From: Thecamonas trahens ATCC 50062
Taxonomy: Eukaryota > Protista > Apusomonadida
Reading direction: 5' to 3'
DNA length: 64,000 nucleotides
Assembly: GCF_000142905.1 (NCBI RefSeq)
Contig: NW_013657675.1
Span: 62,001-126,000 of the forward strand
This document shows positions 56,388-64,000 of the stretch, one piece after another (position 1 is the stretch's first letter; each line of letters opens with the position of its first letter). The position numbers and the translations under genes are program-made. Under the pieces are notes generated by a model. That model was not told the origin of the DNA and did no database searches. It saw only the letters and a list, made by a program, of their open reading frames with translations.

Positions 56388-57073
56388 AGGTACACGATCT
56401 GGGCCAGCTCCCACATAATGCGCGGAACGTTGTAGCCATACAGCCGCGGGCCGATCGCTGCAAGCGTGGTGTAGAAGCCTGCCGGTGGGTGGACGGCGTA
56501 AACGCGGTCAATGTCTGCGCGGGCCATGCCGTGGTGAACTGTGCCCATGGTGGCGTCGATCCAGTCAGCCTTGCGGATGGCGTCGACAAAGGCGACGTGC
56601 TCCGGATCGAGCGCCTCATCCTTGCCGTCAAACGGAGTGATCTTGTGGTGATACACAATGGCGTCGACAACCATGGCCAGCTCGTCCTCGGTCAGTTCGC
56701 CCTCAAGCTCGTCGGCAGCGCGATGGCCCGAGGGGACGACGTAGTCGAGGCGGGCGTCGGTCCACAGGCCGATGTCGTGGTAGACAAGCGCGATGGCGGC
56801 CAGCTCCGAGGTTCGCGCATCGACGCGGCCGTGCCCGCCGAGAAAGTGCAGCGCGTAGCTAAGGACCCGCAGCACGTGATTGCGATAACCATCAAAGTCG
56901 CCAGCGTCGATGACGGAGCGGAACGAGTTGAGGCGGGTGGTGACGACCTGGCCCACCTCGTCGCCCTTGCGTACGACATGGATGGTCGCCTGGCGGGAGT
57001 CAGCCAGCCGGCGGATCGCATAAGCCAGAACCAGTGTCAAGCTCACCACAGCTACGGTCTTGGCAAAACCCAT
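56384..57073 (-). CDS. HD-domain metal-dependent phosphohydrolase with N-terminal signal/anchor
   Basis: GYRNHVLRV (H), VYHDIGLW (HD), YHHK, RKADWID (D). Confidence 0.8.
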   Translation of the reverse strand: MGFAKTVAVVSLTLVLAYAIRRLADSRQATIHVVRKGDEVGQVVTTRLNSFRSVIDAGDFDGYRNHVLRVLSYALHFLGGHGRVDARTSELAAIALVYHDIGLWTDARLDYVVPSGHRAADELEGELTEDELAMVVDAIVYHHKITPFDGKDEALDPEHVAFVDAIRKADWIDATMGTVHHGMARADIDRVYAVHPPAGFYTTLAAIGPRLYGYNVPRIMWELAQIVYL

Positions 57074-57188
57074 GGTGATGGTATCTGGGTGACGGTGAGG
57101 TGCGTGGTCGTGCCCCACCCCACCGGTGGCCAGCCTCGGCTGGACCGGCCAGACTCGTCCACCCCACTTCGGCTCACGACGGCCCAAC

Positions 57189-58714
57189 ATGAAGCTCGAC
57201 GTGACTGCGATGCGGTACATCACGAAAAAGGAGTTCCGAGTCCTGACAGCGGTAGAGATGGGCATGAAGAACCACCAGGTACGATGATGGGGTGTGGGGG
57301 TGCGTGGTGGTAGCCATGGCTGTCCCCACCATGCCGTCGACGACCGAGTCGCGGGATGTCCCAGGATGGAAGGCAGGTCGTGTGTAGGAATGGCCGGGGC
57401 ATGGGTATGGAGAAGGGAGAGACAAGCGGAGCAACTTACGGGCATGGTCGACGTGTGGCTGTTGTGGTGTAGTATGTTCCGACTGAGCTCATCTCGTCTA
57501 TTTCGGGGCTCAAGCACGGCGGCGTGTACAAGCTGCTCGGGACGCTCGCCAAGCACAAGCTCGTTCATCACGAGCAGCGTGGATATGATGGATATAAGAT
57601 CACCTTTCTCGGCTACGACTTTCTGGCATTGCGGGCGCTGCTCAAGGCCGGGGAGGTGGCCTCGGTCGGGCATCAGGTCGGAGTCGGTAAGGAGTCGGAC
57701 ATCTTCCTCTGTGCCAACGAGGCCGGCGAGCAGATGGTGCTCAAGCTGCATCGGCTGGGGCGGACCTCGTTTCGGACCATCAAGAACAACCGTGACTATC
57801 ACGGCAACCGGAGCCACGCCTCGTGGCTCTACCTCTCGCGGCTGAGCGCCAAGCGCGAGTTTGACTACATGTCTGCGCTGCACACTGCCGGCTTTCCGGT
57901 CCCGGACCCCATCGCGAACAACCGGCACTGCGTCGTCATGTCGCTCATCGAGGGCTCACCGCTCTCGCAGGTCCGAGTTGTTGACGAGCCAGCACTGCTC
58001 TACGAGCGTCTGCTAGCCATGGTTGTCAAGTTTGCTGAGCACGGAGTCATCCATGGCGACTTCAACGAGTTCAACATTATGATCACCGCCGACGAGTCTG
58101 ACATTGTTGTCATCGACTTTCCGCAGATCGTCTCCACCAACCACCCGGATGCTGAGATGTACTTTGACCGCGACGTCCACGGCGTCGTCCGCTTCCTCCG
58201 CTCCAAGCTCAAGTACGAGGCCGACGTGCCTCCGCCGGACCTCGCCGACATTGTCCGCGTCTCCGACCTCGACGTTGCTATCCAGGCCTCGGGCTACAAC
58301 CACGAGGCGTCCGAGCTGGACCAGCACCACGAGGCCCACGGCGGTGCTGCCGCCAGCGCCGTCAACGGCGCAAGCAGCGGAAACGAGAGCGACGCCGCCG
58401 AGCCAACAACTGGCTCTGGTGAGGGTCAAGGCGAGAGCGAGTACGGCAACAGCGACGGCGATGTCGATGGCGACAATCGAAGCTCCGAGGTCGCACCAGA
58501 GGTCGATGCCGAGGCTGCCGAGGGTGCGGAGCAGTCCGGCACCCGTCGTCGCCGCCGCCGCCGGAAGAAAGAGTACGATCCCAAGAAGGACACTTCCGCT
58601 GTCCGCTCGCGGCTCAAGCGCCAGCAGCGCCAGAAGGCGCGGTTCAAGCGCCGCAACCGCGTCAAGAACCGGTCGGCCATCGAGGATCGGCGTGCTGCCA
58701 AGGAGCGCTGGTAG
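57189..58714 (+). CDS. RIO2: RIO2 atypical kinase (40S biogenesis); intron 57279-57472
   Basis: FRVLTAVEMGMKNHQ|YVP, GVGKESDI, KLHRLGRTSF, SWLYLSRL, IHGDFNEFN, IDFPQ, YFDRDV. Confidence 0.97.
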
Positions 58715-58725
58715 ATGCCGGTGCG

Positions 58726-60881
58726 TTGACATCGCTGCATGCGGTGGTGAACTGGCCTGGGCCGCAGCGCCGCGGGATCAAGGACGCCGGGCTCAGCAGT
58801 GTCTTCAATGCAGTGGGCGAGGCGAACGGTAGGTTAAAGGTAACATCACGATCCATGCCGATGTTCGGCAGTAGCGCATGCGGCTGTGGGCAGCGCCGGG
58901 ACCAGCGCACCACAGCCCTGCCGGCACACTTCCCAGCTCTCACTCCACTCCCCCACCGGCCAGTCATGGACCGCCCTCCGTTTGTGATACATTTCCACAG
59001 TGCGGCTGTGGTCCTTCCGCCCTCGCCATGCCCCACCCCATTCCTTCGCTTTGGCGTGGGCGGTGGCCAGATGGTGGTAAGAACACCCACCGCCGAGGCT
59101 GATGTGACGAACAGTGCGACGTTCGACGGATGGGAACAGGCCATCGAGTATGCACCGAGCCTGGGGGCGAGTCTGGCTGACATGGTGCTGAAGATCGAGT
59201 TGATGACAAAGGCCAGGATGATCGGGGTGCCTCGACAATGTGGTATGGTTTCACTCTCGCTGGCCAACGCTCTGTCTCTCCCGCATCACCACGAGCTGGT
59301 GCTCGACTCGGGAGCTGTGGTCACCGTCGCCATGGAGATCTCGCTCGCTCCGCGGGTGTCCATTCGGCTTAACAACCTCAACTTTATCCGCAACACTGAC
59401 GAGCCGGTGCCCATCAAGTGTGTGGCTGTCATGTCGTGGTTCGGCGGCGTGCTCGCAGGCACAGAACACGGCTCGGCGAGTCTGACCTCGTCGGCCACCG
59501 CGGCGGCCGAGCATCCGTCGTGGAACTTTCCTGTCCGCCTCGATGCGGTGTTAACTCGCGCCGATCTTGTCCATCGCGGCCTCACCATTACCATCCGCCG
59601 CAAAGGTAGGCTCTCGTCGACCGTCGAGGGCGTAGCTTTCATCCCGTTCTCGCTGGCCTACGCTGACACAGGTTACGCGCGGACGGACGACTCGTTGGCG
59701 TCCCCGCCGGCGTCGGCCGACATCAAAGTGGAAGTTCGCATGAGCTCGAGCGGGCAGTCGCAGGTCGTTGGCACGCTGGTTGGTCAGCTCGTCCTCGACC
59801 CGTTACCTGGCCTCTTCTCAACTGCCCGCGGGCCCGAGCCGTCGCACGTGCCTGGCGTCCAGATGGATGTTCCCCTTCAAGCACCCGGATACGTGCCACT
59901 GTCCTCGATGCCGCTGCTGCAGTTTGAAGATTCGGAGCAGCCCGGTGCAGCACCGCCGGCATCTGCACCGCCGGCATCTGCACCGCCGGCATCTGCACCA
60001 CCGGCATCTGCACCACCGGCATCTGCACCGCCACCGGGAGGCCCTCCGCTAGGCCCGCCGCCGAACTACCTGCCGCCGTATGACTTACTGCCGGAGCCAG
60101 GAGCGTCGACTGTGCCAGCGGCTGCTGATGCACGGCCAGCGCCGCAGCCGACGTTTGTCGTCGGTGGACCCGCGGGTGTACCCACTGCTGCGGCGCCTGC
60201 CGACTCGACGTATGCGCTCGCGCAGGGCTTGTACAACGCGGCCGAGATTGATTTGGCTGCAGAGAGATACGCCGACGCCATGGGTGCTCTTGAGACGGTG
60301 ATGGAGCTGGCGGTGACCGACAGCACGATTCCGCGCGAGTTTGTCCATCGGGCGCGGATCCTTGCAGCGCGGGTTTACTTGGCGCGCAGCTCTTACTCAC
60401 TCGCGCACCGCGAACTTGATGCAGTGCTCAGCGAACGTGAAGAGTACGTCGACGCGCTCGTGATTCGTGGGCAGGTGGCCGAGGCGCAGAAGCGATTCGA
60501 TGACGCCATGGTCGACTACGTGGCTGCTGTCTCGATCGAGCCGCACAACACCGACGCTGTTGTCGGATTGGAGCGCGTCATGGCTCAAGCTAGGCACGGA
60601 GGCACCACAAGTATGCCCAGCCCACCAACGCTCGGATCGGCTGAGTCGCTCGACAAGCTGCCGCCGTTTTGGGAGGAGATGCGCGCCGACGACGGGCGAC
60701 AGTACTACGTAGACCACACCACCGGCGAGAAGCACTGGCGACTTCCGCCCGAGTACGAGCAGAGGGCCGCCTGCACGCAGGCCCCGCTTCCGCCTTTCTG
60801 GGAGGAGAAGCGCGACCCAATGGCCAGGTCTTCTACGTTGATCACCGCAACAAGATCACGACCTGGTCCCGTCCTTCCTAA
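58726..60881 (+). CDS. C2-like domains + (PPASA)n + TPR + two WW domains; start uncertain, possible intron 58840-59070; frameshift near 60820
   Basis: EHPSWN..., VEGVAFIPF (C2-like); TPR helices; LPPFWEEMRADDGRQYYVDHTTGEKHWRLP and LPPFWEEKRDP(N)GQVFYVDHRNKITTWSRP. Confidence 0.7.
59950..60032 (+). repeat. 15-bp coding repeat (PPASA) x5
   Basis: gcaccgccggcatct units. Confidence 0.9.
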
Positions 60882-60969
60882 ATGATGCCGCCCGCCGCCC
60901 GCTGCGCTCCCGCCCGGCACCGCCAGCATCGCCGCCACCGGCACGCCACCCACTCCTCTCCAGCCTGCC

Positions 60970-61989
60970 ATGGACGACGAAAGCCCCGAGGCCCTTCGTG
61001 CCCAGCTTGCCGAGCACGAGGCGCAACGTGCGGAACTAGCTGCCGCTGTGGCAGCCGATCCCACTGACGATGAGATGCAGGCCCTCGTCTCCGAGATGGA
61101 TGAGCTCATGTACGTACCGCTGCGCCCCCGTGTCCCCCTTCCCCCCTGCCCGAGTCGCCCCCCCCCCTCCCCACTGTACTCATGCACACTACCTTCACCC
61201 ACACAGCACGACCACCAAGGAGCTACTTGCTGCTGTGGAGCATACCGCCGTCCCCGCACCACCCGCCGCTGTCGACCCACCGGCCGCCTCCCCTGTACCC
61301 GTGCCCGCCCCTGAAGCCGCCCCCTCGGCGGCCGCCCCTGCCCTTGTCCCTCCTGCGCCCGCACCCGCACCCGCACCCGTTGCCCCACCCCACCCCAAGG
61401 ACAAGTTTGATCCGCTGCTGGCCACCGTGGCAAGGCGATTTGGGCCTGGAGAGACCGTGTCGGCCCTTTACCCGACAGACGGCAAGTGGTACACGGCGGT
61501 GGTGGAGGACTTTGCAGATGGACTGTATCTTGTCCACTATCCGGGCTACGGATCCGAAAAGGTCAGGCTTCCGCCCGAGTCGCTCCGGACGGTGGGGGAG
61601 AGCCAGGCTGCGGCCATGGCCGAGGCTGCGGGGACCAAGTCTTCGCGCAAGCGCAAGAAGCGGAGCGAGAGCACCGCCGCCACCGCCTCGCCGTTTGTTG
61701 TCCCGCCCGAGCTCGAGCCTCTGCCGACCGATCCACCGGCTGTCCGCGAGCGCAAGGCAGCGCGCGTCCGCAGCCTCCGACGAAAGCACGAAAAAAAGCT
61801 GCCGAGGCTGTCGCCAGCGCCCGCATCACATCATGGCAGAACTTTGTGGCGGGCTCGGGCTCGCGCGCCGCCAAGCGGGCCAAGAAGGCTGCCAAGCGCT
61901 CGCAATTCTCGGCTGGGAGCGGTGCTGGCGCATCGCGGCTGACCAAGAACGCACGACCGGCACCCCTTCGACGCGGCAAGCTCCCGTGA
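60970..61989 (+). CDS. SMNDC1: SPF30/SMNDC1-like Tudor splicing factor; intron 61110-61206; frameshift in an A-run near 61790
   Basis: LRAQLAEHEAQ...AADPTDDEMQALVSEMDELI|TTTKELL; Tudor VSALYPTDGKWYTAVV...VHYPGYG; PLPTDP; SWQNF. Confidence 0.85.
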
Positions 61990-62990
61990 TCATCGCCGGA
62001 ATAGCGCCTCGGCGTTGGCTGTCGTCTGTCGCGCAAACTCGTCGAGCGCCACCCCGTACGCCGCCGCCAGCGGTGCCGCCAGCGCCGGTAGAAACCGCGG
62101 CTCGTTGCGCTTGCCGTCTTTGGCGGCCTTTTGTACGCTCTTGATTCGCGGCAGGAGCCATGGCGCGTCGGTCTCCACCATCAGCGAGGTAAGCGGGACC
62201 GCAGCAACGATTGCCTCGCGTAGCTCGCGGCCAAGGCGGCCTTTAGCCGTCGCCATGCCGGTCACTCCGATGTGCAGGCCGAGATCGACCAGCGCCGCCG
62301 CCTGAGTCGACGATCCGGTGAAGCAGTGTAGGATGCCCGAGATCGGCACGCCGGCCGCCTTCGCCTCGTCGCTCAGGTCGGCCACAAAGTCATCAAACGC
62401 ATCCCGGCAGTGCAAGTACACCCGCCACCCGTGGGTAAATGCCAGTCTCAGCTGCGCCCGAAAGGCGCGACGCTGGACCTCTCGATCCGCCGGACATCCG
62501 TCGCAGTAGTCAAGCCCGATCTCGCCGATCCACGCGCTCCGCGAGCTCGCGGCGCCGGTCACCAGCTCGATCATCTCGCTCGCACAGCCCGCATCGAGAT
62601 CACCACTCCCATCGCTTGCCAGCAGCTCCTCGCTCACCGCCCACGGGTGGACTCCGACCGGGGTCGCGCACCACATCTCATTAGGCAGCGACCCTGCGAT
62701 GGCCTCGATCCGCCGCGCGTCGGCCAGGTCCGACGCCGGCATGACCACGCCGGTAACACCCACCTCGACTACACACCCACCCACACACGCACCAGCACGC
62801 AACGGCTCCCAGCTCAAGTAATCAGTACACGCCCCATCACCATCAAACGAGTAGTGTCACTCCCGACGTTCACTAGTTTCCCGCCAAACATACCTGCAGC
62901 CGCCACCACATCGTCGAGGTCGTCGGCAAACTCGCGGTTGCTCAAGTTGGCGCAGACGTCGACCCAGAGCTGGGACGGGACCGAGCTCAT
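61990..62990 (-). CDS. tatD: TatD-family DNase; intron 62769-62893
   Basis: WVDVCANL...FADDLDDVV, GVHP, IGEIGLDY, YLHCRDA, LHCFTG, VETDAPW, RNEP. Confidence 0.93.
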
Positions 62991-63142
62991 AAGGCGGACG
63001 AGGCTGAAACTGGCTGCTCGAGTGGTACGCTGGGCGAATGCAAGCGAAATGGCGAGTATGCTCTTCCCACGGCAGAGGTGTGAGGGGGGGAGAGAGGGGA
63101 GAGACGAGGGGCTCTACGACCAGTTTAAGACGGCGGCGGCAG

Positions 63143-64000
63143 TCAGCGACGGCGCGATCGGCGCGAAGGCGTGGAAGCAGCGCGGGCCGACGCGGCAGCA
63201 GCGGCGGTCTTCTTCTTCTTGGTCGCAGGCTCGCTCGGGGTTCCGGGCATGTCTTCGACAAAGTCCGAGTCGTCGTCGGCGTCGCGGTCGAGCGGCGACG
63301 ACGGCGGAGCAGGCTTGGAGGCCGAGCGTTTGCGCTTGCGCGACGAGCGCGACGGCGCGGCAGCGTCCAGTGCGGATGCCAGAGCATTTGCCAGCAGCGG
63401 CGGGTGTGCCGACGGGTCGAGCTCAGGCAGCGGCGGCGGTGCAGAGAGGCCAAAGTCGGCCAAGCGCTCTGCAGACGTGGCCTTGACCGGCGGCGGTTCG
63501 GTGAGCCGGACCGAGGCCATCGGCTGCGAGCGGAGGATGGCGTGGACCATGGCCGCCGCTTCGGGCCCGAGGCCGAGCACGTCGACGTCGAGGCCGCGGG
63601 CGAAAAAGCCGGAGACAAGTGAGTCTGTCTCGAGGTCGGCCTGTAGCGCTGCAGTCGGGTCGGCGAGGATGCTGCGGTAGGTTGTCCGCAAGACGTTGGA
63701 TGCCGACTCGAGCCGCGCGGTGTAGAGCTTAGTCTCGGTCCGGAACATGACCAGCGACTCGGGATCCGGGCCTTGCATGACGCGAAAGGCGAGCGGAAGG
63801 AGGTGAGCGTCGTCGACCGAGCGCCCATGAGCATCGCGGAGCGTCCGCATGATTCGCGCCGCCTTGCCCATGAACGAGCCAACCACGTCGGCAAGCAGCG
63901 CCAGCGCAGACTTGTCGACGGCTTCAAAACCAACACGCGCCGCCAGCAGCACCAGCGACTGCTCGGTGAGTGTGCGCGCGAGGGCCGGCGATAGCCGTGC
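63143..64000 (-). CDS. Spt7/SUPT7L-like SAGA histone-fold subunit (5' end outside the window)
   Basis: Frame open to 64000; QSLVLLAARVGFEAVDKSALALLADVVGSFM (bromodomain-associated histone fold); SLVSGFFARGLDVDVLGL resembles the Spt7 C-terminal motif. Confidence 0.65.
   Translation of the reverse strand, partial: ARLSPALARTLTEQSLVLLAARVGFEAVDKSALALLADVVGSFMGKAARIMRTLRDAHGRSVDDAHLLPLAFRVMQGPDPESLVMFRTETKLYTARLESASNVLRTTYRSILADPTAALQADLETDSLVSGFFARGLDVDVLGLGPEAAAMVHAILRSQPMASVRLTEPPPVKATSAERLADFGLSAPPPLPELDPSAHPPLLANALASALDAAAPSRSSRKRKRSASKPAPPSSPLDRDADDDSDFVEDMPGTPSEPATKKKKTAAAAASARAASTPSRRSRRR

Noticed and set aside
56384-57928. 514-aa minus-strand ORF as one protein
   Set aside because: Its 5' half is antisense to RIO2 exons; the credible start is the ATG at 57073.
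1-64000. Many long antisense or alternate-frame ORFs (e.g. 9662-11401 +, 15907-17139 +, 38790-40892 +)
   Set aside because: Shadow ORFs expected from high GC and codon bias opposite real genes; no domain motifs.
1-64000. tRNA, rRNA or transposon genes
   Set aside because: None recognised by eye; tRNAscan-SE or Infernal would be needed to exclude small RNAs.

Overview
This window is eukaryotic, not prokaryotic: GC-rich, very gene-dense DNA with short GT-AG spliceosomal introns and seven N-gaps. A flagellar kinesin-9 and an Rb-family gene indicate a flagellate; an apusomonad such as Thecamonas is my unverified guess. About 31 protein genes are present. Recognisable ones: Rb/pocket protein, FadH-type 2,4-dienoyl-CoA reductase, MnSOD, SART3/Prp24, Abp1/drebrin-like, KIF9, acyl-protein thioesterase, P5CS, an RDH-like SDR, RIO2, SPF30, TatD and Spt7/SUPT7L-like. 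The most unusual items are an F-BAR + J-domain protein, an ankyrin + dead ADP-ribosylglycohydrolase + dead phosphatase fusion, an Abp1-like protein with 26 charge-segregated WG repeats, two tandem paralogous ~75-aa microproteins, a palindromic E2F site upstream of Rb, and a shared 11-bp element tandemly amplified in promoters. At least 11 frameshifts all need exactly one extra base to restore frame; these are most likely assembly errors. All family assignments come from motif recognition by eye; no searches were run.
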